In this document: positions 27,715 to 38,157 of the stretch, in pieces | Numbering within the stretch: the first letter of the stretch is position 1 | How the letters are laid out: each line of letters begins with the position of its first letter | Origin: an uncultured Bacteroidales bacterium | GTDB taxonomy: Bacteria; Bacteroidota; Bacteroidia; Bacteroidales; JBBRXJ01 | Length of the DNA stretch: 64,000 bases | Assembly (NCBI GenBank): GCA_964549265.1 | Contig: CAZJWE010000001.1 | Coordinates: 230-64,229 of the forward strand | Direction: 5' to 3' | Notes under the pieces: model-generated | The model's input: the letters and a program-made list of their open reading frames with translations, nothing else | Told to the model about the DNA's origin: nothing | The model's database searches: none | Translations under genes and position numbers: made by a program

Positions 27715-27777
27715 AAATTAAATGGAAAGAATAGAAATTTAGAAATTTAGAATTTAGAAGTGTAGAAGTTAGAAGAA
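27715..27777. repeat. 63-nt C-free purine-rich tract of degenerate TAGAA / AGAAGTT units
   Basis: AATGGAAAGAATAGAAATTTAGAAATTTAGAATTTAGAAGTGTAGAAGTTAGAAGAA contains no C between 27715 and 27777. Confidence 0.8.
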
Positions 27778-27955
27778 CAATGTCAGGCTTTCATTGTTTT
27801 TGCAAATTTTAAAGAAAATAGTATATTTGTTTAACCATCTATACAAAAATCCGATTAATAGGGAGCTAAACCAAGAGTCTGTCTCTTATGTAACAACTTT
27901 TCCAAAGTTTAGTCTATTGATGTTGCCACGGAAAATAAAATACTCAAAACACTTG

Positions 27956-27999
27956 AGTTTATAGACAGACTCTAATTAATACTTAACAATTAACAATTA
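27956..27999 (-). repeat. copy of the short dispersed intergenic repeat
   Basis: The reverse complement reads TAATTGTTAATTGTTAAGTATTAATTAGAGTCTGTCTATAAACT. The first 18 nt match the 59069 copy at 17/18, and the tail TCTGTCTATAAACT compares with TTTGTCTATAAACT. Confidence 0.6.
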
Positions 28000-28163
28000 T
28001 TCCCCCAAATCCTCTCACGCTTTCTTAATTCTAAATTCTGTATACTGACTTCTTTTTTTTATCTCCCTGAAATAAAACATGGAAATTTATTGAAATATTT
28101 ATAAATTTACTATCTTACTTTTTTAAATAACTAAATTATGAAAACAAAGCAAACAATATAAAT

Positions 28164-31100
28164 ATGAGCAAACTAAACATTATCGCATATTGTATTATTA
28201 CATTTATAGTTGTTACCAATGCAGATTTAAATGCACAACGTAATCCTTTTTCAGAAGATGTTAAAAAATATCCAAAAGAAATATACGAGAAAATGGATTA
28301 CAATTTATCTGATGAAGATGAAAAAATGTTAGAAAGTTTCACTGCATTGTGGAAGGAAACCGGTGCATTTTCTCAGGATGAAAAAATGGAGATCATTCAA
28401 TTATCAAACCATATGCTGAAAAACAGGGCACGTCCTTATCCACATTTTAAATACCTTGTAAAAATATTGTTATTATTTAAAAAAGAACATCTTCAAACAC
28501 ATAATTATGAACCATGGAAAAAGGGAATACAAAAACTGCTGGATGACCGCGTACGAATGACAACATTGGAAGACTATTTTGAAAGAACATATTCTTTGTT
28601 CAAAAACAACATTTTATATGAATCATATTCTTCAAAATGGAAAGCTGATGATAGCAGTTATGATTTAAAAACCGGAGATGATATTTCTGTTGAATTTGAT
28701 GTTATAACTTTAACCTGTTATGCGAAAAGAGACAGCATCAAAGTATATGACACAAGAGGAAATTATCAACTTTTGGATGGTAAATGGAATGGTGAAGGTG
28801 GCACTGTAACATGGGAGAGAGCAGACTATGAAAGGAAAAGAGTATATGCTACTTTGAAAAAATATACCATTAACATGAAAAAATATAAATATGAAGCGGA
28901 TTCTGTTGAATATTTTAATAAAGAATTTATTGGCAAACCATTATTGGGTAAATTGAGCGATAAAGTGATGAATACTTCCATAAAAAGTAACATAATTTAT
29001 CCTCAATTTGAAACATATACAAAAAATTTTAAGATTAAAGACCTGTATAAAAATATAAACTATGAAGGCGGTTTTATGTTTGAAGGGAGTAAAATCATTG
29101 GGAGAGGTACAAAAAACAGCAAAGCTGTACTTGATATTACCCGCTCGGATACTACGTTTTTCAGAGCTTCTTCAAACTATATAGTGATCAACAAAGAACG
29201 GTTAAAAGCTCTTGAAACTGAAATTACCATTTATACCGGACAAGACTCCATATACCATCCCAACTCAACGTTTACCTATATTCCATATAGAAGAATGTTA
29301 CAGATTATAAAAGGAGAAGGCATCACCTCACGAATTCCGTATTTGAATTCTTACCATAAAGTAAATATGGATTTTGAGCAATTACGATGGAAAATTGATG
29401 AACCGTTTATTTATATGACAATGAAACAGGGGAATGCGTTTGGTGTTGCCAACTTTAAGTCATTTAACTACTTTAACAAAGCAGAATATGAACAAATGAT
29501 CCATTTAGATCCAATTCATCCATTAGTAGCAGTAAAACAATATGCCAAATCATACGGCTTCGATGAATTTGATGCTATGGGGTTTGCAAAATATATGGGT
29601 TTTTCAATTCATCAGGCCAGACGGTATTTGATGAACCTTGCAGCAAAAGGATTTATCTATTTTGATACAGAATCAGATAGAATAAAAATTAAACAATTAT
29701 TATATGATTATGTTGATGCCAGCGCCGGAAGAGTAGATTATGATGTGATCAATTTTGTGTCTGAAACCAAAGCACCAACTGAAAATGCTATGTTGGACAT
29801 CCGGAATATGGATTTGATAATTAATGGCATGCCCAGGGTACTGGTGAGTAATGCTCAAAATGTTGATATTATCACTTCGGATAAAAAGATCACACTCAAA
29901 CGAAATAGGAGTTTCGCTTTTAAAGGGCAGGTTAATGCCGGTAAATTATCATTTTACGGAGATAATTTTTTCTTTTCATACGATAGCTTTAAGGTTAACC
30001 TCCAAAAAGTTGATTCTCTCGAAATGAGGGTGGCCGATGATGTTGATCAATTAGGAAGACCTGTCTTTCTGAAAGTAAAAAATGTAATTGAAAATATTAC
30101 CGGAGATCTTTATATAGACAAACCAAATAATAAATCCGGACTTGAAGACTATCCCAGATACCCCATTTTTGAAAGCAGGGAATTCTCTTATGTTTATTAT
30201 GATGATCCCGGAATACTAAATGGTGTTTACCCAAAAGAAGATTTTTATTTTAAATTGGATTCTTTTGTCATTGACAGTTTAGACAACTTCAATAAATTCA
30301 CATTGAAATTTTCAGGTGAATTTGAATCTGGAGGCATATTTCCTACTTTAAGAGAAAATTTAAGATTGATGGAAGACCGGTCGCTTGGACTTAGAAAATC
30401 AGCTCCTGGTGAAGGTTATCCTATTTATAACGGAAAAGGGACATTTTACAAAAACTTCAAACTCAATTACAAGGGGCTTCGTGGAGAAGGACGAATCGAA
30501 TATCTTTCATCCACGATCCATTCCGATGATTTTATATTCCTTCCTGACTCAATGAATACCGAAGCCTATAAGTTTACCGTTGACAAAGATAAATCCTTAA
30601 AATGTCCTCCTGCTCTTTCATCTACAACAAAAATTCATTGGGAACCCTATAATGATGTATTAAATGCAGAAAATATTGATGAAGAATTTGAATTGTATAA
30701 CGGAAAAGCCGTTTTGAATGGCTCCATAAGCCTTAAGCCTTCTGGATTATACGGTGATGGGGTTCTTGATATGAAAACGGCTGTCATGGAATCTGAAAAA
30801 TATACATTTAATGAACAAGCATTTGATGCTGATTCTGCCGACTTTAAACTCAGGTCGCTTAGCAGCAGCAACTTCACCTTATTAACCGAAAACGTAGATG
30901 CACATATTGATTTTTACCACAGAAAAGGTACATTTAAGTCAAATGAAGATTATTCCTTGGTTCAATTCCCGGCTAACAAATATATCAGTTATCTTGATTA
31001 TTTTGTCTGGCATATGGATACAAAAGAGTTTGATATGGGACTGACCAAAACGTATAAGGATGATAAACTTGCATCTTTCAAAGGCGACACTCTGGCCGGC

Positions 31101-32732
31101 CCCAGATACATATCTGTACATCCCGACCAGGATTCACTGAACTTTGTATCGAATGAAGCAACATATGATTACAAAGACAACCTATTAAAAGCGAAAGAAG
31201 TTGATTACATCAAAGTAGCAGATGCCAAAATATTTCCTCACGAAGAAAATGTGACGGTTGAAACCAATGCAAAAATGCAAACCCTTAAAAAAGCCGACAT
31301 TTTGGCAAGCGATTCTACACAATATCATTCCTTTTATAATGCAACGGTTAATATTAAGTCACGAAAACACTATAAAGCAGAAGGTGACTTTGATTATCAG
31401 GACAAATACGGGACAAAACAAAAAATTCATTTTCAAACTATCAGTGTAGACACAGGACAGCGTTCGTATGCACAAACCACGCTTATTGAAAATGATTCCT
31501 TTATGTTAAGCCCGAAATTTCAATATCAGGGAGATATATTGCTCAGGGCCGAAGAAAAACTATTGTATTTTGACGGATCAGTTAACATCAAAACCAATTG
31601 TAATACCTATGGAACCAATAATTCATGGATATCGTTTGAGTCACTAATTGATCCGGAGCATATTGCGATTCCAATTCCAGAACAACCTACAAATATCAAT
31701 AACAAAAGCATTTATTCGGGAATAATCATTTCACATGACTCAATCCATGTTTATTCCTCTTTTCTTGCCGGGCGAAAATCTTATAGTGACAGCTATATTA
31801 GCAGAGCAAACGGGTTTTTGCATTATAATGAAATGGACGACCGGTTTGAAATATCAAGAGAAGAAAAACTCTATAATCCCGATCTTCCCGGAAATTATTT
31901 AAGATTGGATCAAACCCCCTGTAAAGTTTATGGAGAAGGAGAAGTTGATTTAGGACTTGATTTATGGCAGGTAAAACTGAATTCAGTTGGTGAAGTAACA
32001 CATAAATTAGACACAAACACATTAGAAATGAACCTCATGATGGGCATTGACTTTTTTATGCATAAAAATGTGATCAAAACAATGGTTCATCATATTGATA
32101 GCATATCAAATTATATGGATATCGAAAGATATTCTGAAAAATATATGTTGCGGATAGATGAATTGCTATACCAAAACGGATTAAAAGACATGAGAGCCGA
32201 AGACCTCTATGAAGATACCATTATTAATTTCCCGAAAGAACTACAAAGTACACTCCTGATTGACGATCTTACCTTAAAATGGGACCAGAAAACAAAATCA
32301 TATTATTCGGTTGGCAGAATGAATTTAGTAAGTGTCGGGAATTATCCTGTCAATATTGAAGTACAGGGATACATGGAATTCAGAAGGCACCGCGATGGAG
32401 ACAGATGGGACTTCTTCCTGAAAATAGATAAAGATAATTGGTACTATTTTGGATACAACAGGGCAATCCTGCAAACATGGTCATCTTATGAACCCTATGC
32501 AATGACCATTGATGCCTATAAAGTTAAAAAGCGCACCATCAGTTCGAGGAGTTTCTGGAAACGGCTGACAAGTATTTTTTCCGGTAAAAAAGACATCCGT
32601 AAATCAGAGCCAATGGAACGCACAAAAGCGCGGAACAAACCCTACAGGTATATGGTATCAACAGCAGAAAAAATGTTTTTCTTTTTGCAAAGATACCAGG
32701 ATAGGACAGGGAAGAGGCTGCTGTATGAATAA
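28164..32732 (+). CDS. 1522-aa secreted protein of unknown function
   Basis: Long uninterrupted ORF with an N-terminal signal peptide (MSKLNIIAYCIITFIVVTNADLNAQ). I recognise no catalytic motif and no obvious T9SS C-terminal domain; the tail is basic. Confidence 0.85.
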   Translation: MSKLNIIAYCIITFIVVTNADLNAQRNPFSEDVKKYPKEIYEKMDYNLSDEDEKMLESFTALWKETGAFSQDEKMEIIQLSNHMLKNRARPYPHFKYLVKILLLFKKEHLQTHNYEPWKKGIQKLLDDRVRMTTLEDYFERTYSLFKNNILYESYSSKWKADDSSYDLKTGDDISVEFDVITLTCYAKRDSIKVYDTRGNYQLLDGKWNGEGGTVTWERADYERKRVYATLKKYTINMKKYKYEADSVEYFNKEFIGKPLLGKLSDKVMNTSIKSNIIYPQFETYTKNFKIKDLYKNINYEGGFMFEGSKIIGRGTKNSKAVLDITRSDTTFFRASSNYIVINKERLKALETEITIYTGQDSIYHPNSTFTYIPYRRMLQIIKGEGITSRIPYLNSYHKVNMDFEQLRWKIDEPFIYMTMKQGNAFGVANFKSFNYFNKAEYEQMIHLDPIHPLVAVKQYAKSYGFDEFDAMGFAKYMGFSIHQARRYLMNLAAKGFIYFDTESDRIKIKQLLYDYVDASAGRVDYDVINFVSETKAPTENAMLDIRNMDLIINGMPRVLVSNAQNVDIITSDKKITLKRNRSFAFKGQVNAGKLSFYGDNFFFSYDSFKVNLQKVDSLEMRVADDVDQLGRPVFLKVKNVIENITGDLYIDKPNNKSGLEDYPRYPIFESREFSYVYYDDPGILNGVYPKEDFYFKLDSFVIDSLDNFNKFTLKFSGEFESGGIFPTLRENLRLMEDRSLGLRKSAPGEGYPIYNGKGTFYKNFKLNYKGLRGEGRIEYLSSTIHSDDFIFLPDSMNTEAYKFTVDKDKSLKCPPALSSTTKIHWEPYNDVLNAENIDEEFELYNGKAVLNGSISLKPSGLYGDGVLDMKTAVMESEKYTFNEQAFDADSADFKLRSLSSSNFTLLTENVDAHIDFYHRKGTFKSNEDYSLVQFPANKYISYLDYFVWHMDTKEFDMGLTKTYKDDKLASFKGDTLAGPRYISVHPDQDSLNFVSNEATYDYKDNLLKAKEVDYIKVADAKIFPHEENVTVETNAKMQTLKKADILASDSTQYHSFYNATVNIKSRKHYKAEGDFDYQDKYGTKQKIHFQTISVDTGQRSYAQTTLIENDSFMLSPKFQYQGDILLRAEEKLLYFDGSVNIKTNCNTYGTNNSWISFESLIDPEHIAIPIPEQPTNINNKSIYSGIIISHDSIHVYSSFLAGRKSYSDSYISRANGFLHYNEMDDRFEISREEKLYNPDLPGNYLRLDQTPCKVYGEGEVDLGLDLWQVKLNSVGEVTHKLDTNTLEMNLMMGIDFFMHKNVIKTMVHHIDSISNYMDIERYSEKYMLRIDELLYQNGLKDMRAEDLYEDTIINFPKELQSTLLIDDLTLKWDQKTKSYYSVGRMNLVSVGNYPVNIEVQGYMEFRRHRDGDRWDFFLKIDKDNWYYFGYNRAILQTWSSYEPYAMTIDAYKVKKRTISSRSFWKRLTSIFSGKKDIRKSEPMERTKARNKPYRYMVSTAEKMFFFLQRYQDRTGKRLLYE

Positions 32733-32808
32733 ATTGTTTTTTTTAATGCTCAGCTTTACTAAAACCAACCCTGAAAATATAGCTTTTTTGTTTTTTTAAT
32801 GAATAGAA

Positions 32809-33897
32809 ATGGAAAAACTCAGAATATGGTATCATTCATTCATCAGGGTATTTATTTACCATTTAGTATTCTGGTATATCGCACTGCTTTTGTATGTTTT
32901 TTTTACTGGCGAAGAGCAATTGTTTCCTAATCATCTTGCCATTATCAATGTCAATTCGGTCTTTTTAAATTCATTGTATGTTGCCCTTTTTCTAACCATT
33001 CTCTTTACGTTTCTTGACAGTTTGTTTTCCGATCGTTTATTACGCCGATCACCTGTTCGTTTTTTTGTTGTTTTACGGTCCCTTCTTTATTTTGTTGTAG
33101 TGATTTTGATTTTTGCCCTGGCTTCACATCCGTTAAACGAATTAACTGACATGCAGTGGAATGAAGTTAAAATATTGGCTCCCACTTTTAATGTTGCTTT
33201 TTTGCGTTTCCTGGTATATTTTTATTTAGCCTGTTTTTTAAATAACTTTTTCAAAGACATGGTCAAACGCATAGGCCGGGGAAATTATTCGAAATGGTTT
33301 TTTGGATTACTTAAAAAACCACGAGAAGACGAACGTATTTTTATGTTTGTTGACATGAAAGCGTCAACCACCAATGCCGAAAAACTCGGACATAAAAAAT
33401 TTAGTTACCTGGTTCAGGATGTGTTTAATGATTTGGCTGTAGTTGATAATTATTATGGAGACATCTATCAATATTTAGGTGACGGGGCAATTATTTCATG
33501 GAGTTTAAAAAACGGAATTGTTGATAATAATTGTATTAAAGCATTCTTTGCATTCAATCGTGTTGTCCAGCGAAGGGGGAAATCTTATAAACGAAAATAT
33601 GGTTTTGTGCCTCAATTCAAGGCCGGCATGCATGTAGGAAAGGTAATGGTACTCCAGGTAGGCACTATCCGGCGCGACATTTCATATAATGGAGATGCAT
33701 TAAATACCACTGCACGTATTGAATCCATGTGCAATGAATTACGCCGTAATCTTTTAATATCAGGTGATCTGTATAAGTTATTGAAAAATAAGAAAGATTT
33801 TCAGTTCAAAAATATAAGCAGCACCCAGTTAAAAGGAAAGCGTAAAAAAACAGAGATATATGATGTGAAAGAAAAAACTAAAAGAGCTAAAAAGTAA
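32809..33897 (+). CDS. membrane-bound class III adenylate/guanylate cyclase
   Basis: About 5 N-terminal TM helices followed by a cyclase domain with FMFVDMKAST, YLGDGAIISW and NGDALNTTARIES (both metal Asp residues plus Asn/Arg present). Confidence 0.8.
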   Translation: MEKLRIWYHSFIRVFIYHLVFWYIALLLYVFFTGEEQLFPNHLAIINVNSVFLNSLYVALFLTILFTFLDSLFSDRLLRRSPVRFFVVLRSLLYFVVVILIFALASHPLNELTDMQWNEVKILAPTFNVAFLRFLVYFYLACFLNNFFKDMVKRIGRGNYSKWFFGLLKKPREDERIFMFVDMKASTTNAEKLGHKKFSYLVQDVFNDLAVVDNYYGDIYQYLGDGAIISWSLKNGIVDNNCIKAFFAFNRVVQRRGKSYKRKYGFVPQFKAGMHVGKVMVLQVGTIRRDISYNGDALNTTARIESMCNELRRNLLISGDLYKLLKNKKDFQFKNISSTQLKGKRKKTEIYDVKEKTKRAKK

Positions 33898-33976
33898 AAG
33901 TTTTATTTTTTGGGAAGCTCATCAAATGTGACAAAACCATGCCCATATTCAATTACTCAATCAATTAATCATCACA

Positions 33977-36900
33977 TCAACCGCTTATCTCAAATGCATA
34001 TCCTACCAATCCACCTTCTCTTGTTTTATCCGGGAAGAGGACATGTTTCATTTCCCATGCATGATTTTTGTGTTTTCCTTTGGTAGTGAATTGTACAGAA
34101 GTTTTGATTGTTTTGGACAACTGCTGCTTTGCCTGAGGAATGACTTCCGTAAAAAATTGGCCGGTCAGTTCTTCTTTTCGTTTATTCAACAAAACCAACC
34201 CTTTTCCTTCAATGTCAACAATTATGCCCTTATTATCAATGGTGTAAGACATTATTGGGAGTTTTCCCGAGATGTCAGACAAAATAGTTTTATAGTTGAC
34301 AAGTTGTGCTTTATTTTGTTCATTTACAGTAATATCAGACACCATATGAAAGATTCCGATTACTTCTTCTTTCTGATTAGAGAAAGGTACTTTTGAAACA
34401 GATTTCCATGAATACAGTCCGTCAGGCTTCATGTGCTTTTCTTCTGAATTCAATACAGATTGATTGGCTTTTATTAATTGGGTATCTTCTTTGTTTATTT
34501 TATCGGCCAATGGTTTATCCAAAATGTCATGATCTGTTTTTCCGGTGATTTCTTCGGGATGCTTATAACCCAATTCTTTCGCCTTGCTGGTATTTACCCG
34601 TTGGTAAACTCCTTGTGTTGTTTTGAATGAAATTTCCCCCGGGATATGATCCATTAGCACATTAAACATAATGATCTCCCACATCAGGTCTTCTTTTTGC
34701 TTATTTATTTCTTCAGTTAATTTCTTAGCCTCTATTTCTTTGTTTATCACTTCTGTCACATTTCTTGATATTCCAAACGTTCCGATGACTTCATTTTTTT
34801 CATTGTATAATGGCAATTTTGAAGTAGAAACCCAACCTACGCTTCCATCTTCAAATGTCTCTTTTTCAATAAAGTCAATCAATGGGTTTTGGGTTTTAAT
34901 GATTTCCTGTTCATCATTATAAGCTTGTATTGCATGCTCTTCCGAGAAAAAGTCAAAATCAGATTTCCCTATGAGTTCTTCAGGGTTATCCATGTTAAAC
35001 AGTCTGGCTAAATTTTTACTTCCGCGTAAAAATTTACTTTTACGGTCTTTAAAATAGATACTATCAGGGATATTATCCATCAATGAGTCCATGAGGAATT
35101 TTTCTTTATTCAGTTCCTGATGTGTATGTTGTAATTCTTCAAATTGGTTTTTAAGTTTTAACTCCATTTCTTTGAAATCCGTCACATCAAACTGAAATCC
35201 AAGCAAGCCTGTTTCATTCATATATGGAATGAAGAATGGCATTTTAGTGGTTCGTAAATACTTGTTTTGGTTATGAACATATTCCTGTTGCTCAAATGTT
35301 TTGGGGCCGGTTTTGATGATCTCCTGTTCCTCTTCCCATATTTTTTGTGCCAATTCTTTATTATCTGCAAAAAAGTCAAAATCGCTTTTCCCAATCAATT
35401 CTTCTGTGCTTTCTCCATGTGCATCTGCAACTGCTTTGTTTACCATCACCATTTTTCCTTTGCTGTCTTTTAAAAAGATTTTTGCTGGTATTTCGTTGAT
35501 CAGATTCCTGATGGTTTCCTGGTGCTGCTGTATTTCAATTTCTTTTTTCTTCGCATCAGTTATGTCAATGCCAATATTCAATATTTTATAGGGTTCACCA
35601 TTCGGAGTTAAGATGGGCGCAAATGTTTGGTTTATCCATATATCACCATTTGGTCGTGAAATGACAACAGTGCGGTTAACCAGATTTTTGGACTCAAGGT
35701 CTTCCCAAATAGTTGATATATCATCAGCAGATATGCCGATATTAAAGTCTTTAATATTTCGCTCTATCATATTATCAAGTGTTTCATCCAATACTTCTAA
35801 AAATTGTTCGTTTATATTTAATATATTTCCTTGCATGTCATATTCGCCAACCATTAAAGAGGCATTCATGGCATTCAGTATGCTTCGCATTTCTTCTTCT
35901 TTCTGAGACGATTCTTCCTGGGCTGCTTTAAGCTCTTCCATGTTTTGCCGCATTTCTTCTTCTTGTGCAGATAATTCTTCTGCCTGATACCGGGACTCTT
36001 CCAATAATTTTTTGGTGCGTTCGTTGGCCCTGATCCTGGATAAAGTTGAAGCTATATTAGCACCCACTTTTTCAATAAAAGATATGACATAATCTTCTAT
36101 TTTATAAAACGATGTTAGCTCAATAACCCCAAATACATCATCATTGATTTTTAGAGGAACAATTACCAGGCTATTTGGTTTTTCTTCTCCCAGCCCCGAT
36201 GAAATGTAAACATAATCATCAGGGATTTGCTCCAAATACACAGAGTTCTTTTCCAATATACATTTTCCTATCAGTCCTTCTTCATATCCAATTTTTCGTT
36301 CAAGGTGTTTTTTCCGGTTATAAGCATATGCTGATTTCAATTCAACATATTTATTGTTATCCTCATCCTCTTCAATAACAAATAATCCTCCCTGGTTGGC
36401 ATTAATATATTTCACCAGATTTTGAATAATACTAAATGTAAGTTCCTGAATATTTTCCTGGTTTTGTCTTAAGATGTCGTCAAATAATGCAACTCCTTCT
36501 GTTGTCCATGTTCGTTTTTTGTCTTCTGTTTTTCGCTTTACTTCTTCTGATTTCGCATTTCTTAAATTCTCGCGCATAGATAATAATGACTCCCCAAGCA
36601 CATCATTATTTCCTTGTTTTTCATAATTTGCATCCAGGTTGCCTTTCCCTATATTTTCAGCAAACTCAATAGCAGCCGAAAGGTTGCTGACCAATCCTTT
36701 GATCGTCTGTCCAATTTTCCCAATCTCATTATCTTTAGTATTGAGTTTGTATTGGCCGGCTTTCTTAATATCACCATCAGCAATAGATTTCAATGTAGAT
36801 TCAATCCTTCTTAAAGGAAAAAAGATATACCTGTTAAAAGCCAAATACCATAACAGGCCAATAATTAATATACCAATGATCCCCACATATATGAACAATA

Positions 36901-37834
36901 TATTTGTGTTTGTAAATGCATCATTAAAGCCCATTTCAGATACTCTGGCACCAACAAACCAGGGGGTCTTGTTTTCTAAAAAAGTAACAGGGGTTAAAGT
37001 ATAATAATACCGTCCATTTTTATTGTAAGTATTAAAAGAAAATGATTTATTGTTGCCCAACTTGGGCAGGATATTCATGTCTGTTTGTAAAAAAGAGGTT
37101 TTATTAACAGTGTTTGTTGTGTTTCCATGAGTTTCAATAACAGTGCCTGCTTTGTCAATAATGAATAGCTCACATTTGTTTTTATAAGAAAGGTCTTGAA
37201 AAAAAGTAAATATCTTTTCTTTTGAAACATCCAATGCTAAAATTCCAGAATATCTTTTATTATATTCAAGGGGAATGCCAATTGTAATAATGTCATTAAT
37301 CGTATTATAATTAAAATATAATGCTGATTTGCTGTCTGTTTTATTTTGTTCCTGAAGCAATTTTTGAAATAATTCTTGCTGGGATTTTGAAGGATCATTG
37401 AATGTATTTTGTTTTATTTCGATATTTTCCCGGGTGTTTTCCGAAAAAATAGTTTGCACATACCTGTTTTGTAATTGAAAACCTAATTGATCTGTATTCA
37501 ATATAAGACAGGCACCTGTAATCCCATGATTTTGCCTGATTGATTCATGAATCATGGATTTGCAATAGTTCATATATTCATTACCTGAAACATGATCAAA
37601 TGTCTTTTCGAGGCTATTCTTCAAGCAATATGCAATGTCATGATAAATAGTGAATCGTTCATTATAATTATCCGAAACACGTTTGATTAAATCCTCAGAG
37701 ATCAGCTTCGTTTCATGAAAAGATTTCTTTTTATTAATGTATTGCATAATACCAATGGTAAGAACATAAAACAAACCAATGGTGATGAAGGTATAAACAA
37801 TTAATTTTAAAGAAATAGGTAATTTTGATTTCAT
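33977..37834 (-). CDS. multi-domain sensor: TM, periplasmic Cache-like domain, TM, HAMP, GAF, coiled coil, multiple PAS; no recognisable output domain
   Basis: 1285 aa with two TM helices flanking ~280 aa, a HAMP-like linker and a GAF block paralogous to 2284..4566. This is followed by QAEELSAQEEEMRQNMEELKAAQEE and at least 5 PAS-like repeats. The protein ends ...GLVGYAFEISG. Confidence 0.75.
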   Translation of the reverse strand: MKSKLPISLKLIVYTFITIGLFYVLTIGIMQYINKKKSFHETKLISEDLIKRVSDNYNERFTIYHDIAYCLKNSLEKTFDHVSGNEYMNYCKSMIHESIRQNHGITGACLILNTDQLGFQLQNRYVQTIFSENTRENIEIKQNTFNDPSKSQQELFQKLLQEQNKTDSKSALYFNYNTINDIITIGIPLEYNKRYSGILALDVSKEKIFTFFQDLSYKNKCELFIIDKAGTVIETHGNTTNTVNKTSFLQTDMNILPKLGNNKSFSFNTYNKNGRYYYTLTPVTFLENKTPWFVGARVSEMGFNDAFTNTNILFIYVGIIGILIIGLLWYLAFNRYIFFPLRRIESTLKSIADGDIKKAGQYKLNTKDNEIGKIGQTIKGLVSNLSAAIEFAENIGKGNLDANYEKQGNNDVLGESLLSMRENLRNAKSEEVKRKTEDKKRTWTTEGVALFDDILRQNQENIQELTFSIIQNLVKYINANQGGLFVIEEDEDNNKYVELKSAYAYNRKKHLERKIGYEEGLIGKCILEKNSVYLEQIPDDYVYISSGLGEEKPNSLVIVPLKINDDVFGVIELTSFYKIEDYVISFIEKVGANIASTLSRIRANERTKKLLEESRYQAEELSAQEEEMRQNMEELKAAQEESSQKEEEMRSILNAMNASLMVGEYDMQGNILNINEQFLEVLDETLDNMIERNIKDFNIGISADDISTIWEDLESKNLVNRTVVISRPNGDIWINQTFAPILTPNGEPYKILNIGIDITDAKKKEIEIQQHQETIRNLINEIPAKIFLKDSKGKMVMVNKAVADAHGESTEELIGKSDFDFFADNKELAQKIWEEEQEIIKTGPKTFEQQEYVHNQNKYLRTTKMPFFIPYMNETGLLGFQFDVTDFKEMELKLKNQFEELQHTHQELNKEKFLMDSLMDNIPDSIYFKDRKSKFLRGSKNLARLFNMDNPEELIGKSDFDFFSEEHAIQAYNDEQEIIKTQNPLIDFIEKETFEDGSVGWVSTSKLPLYNEKNEVIGTFGISRNVTEVINKEIEAKKLTEEINKQKEDLMWEIIMFNVLMDHIPGEISFKTTQGVYQRVNTSKAKELGYKHPEEITGKTDHDILDKPLADKINKEDTQLIKANQSVLNSEEKHMKPDGLYSWKSVSKVPFSNQKEEVIGIFHMVSDITVNEQNKAQLVNYKTILSDISGKLPIMSYTIDNKGIIVDIEGKGLVLLNKRKEELTGQFFTEVIPQAKQQLSKTIKTSVQFTTKGKHKNHAWEMKHVLFPDKTREGGLVGYAFEISG

Positions 37835-38157
37835 ATGTTTATATTTTATTTTTCAAAGGTCATATGGAGCTCGCCATGAGTTTAATTTGTTGATTTTGTG
37901 CAACATAATCAAACCCTCAATAATCATGAGGGTGTGTGTTAAAAATTTTTGTCATGGCTCAGTTCATATGTTTATTTGTTAAAAATTCATAAAGTTTGTA
38001 AAGCGAGTACAATCTTAGGTGTTTTTTGGTTTTAGAAGTCAAAAAAGTATTCAACATACACTTCACACATATCACGCATACTTTCTGAATTCTTAATTTT
38101 GACTTCTGATTTCTTTTATAGAATCATTCTATAAAAATAGAGAAAATTAGAATAGAT

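Noticed and set aside
28164-32732. Assigning the 1522-aa protein to TamB/AsmA or to T9SS cargo.
   Set aside because: I could not see a DUF490-like C-terminus, an N-terminal signal-anchor of the TamB type or a T9SS C-terminal sorting domain. I left it as unknown rather than naming a family.
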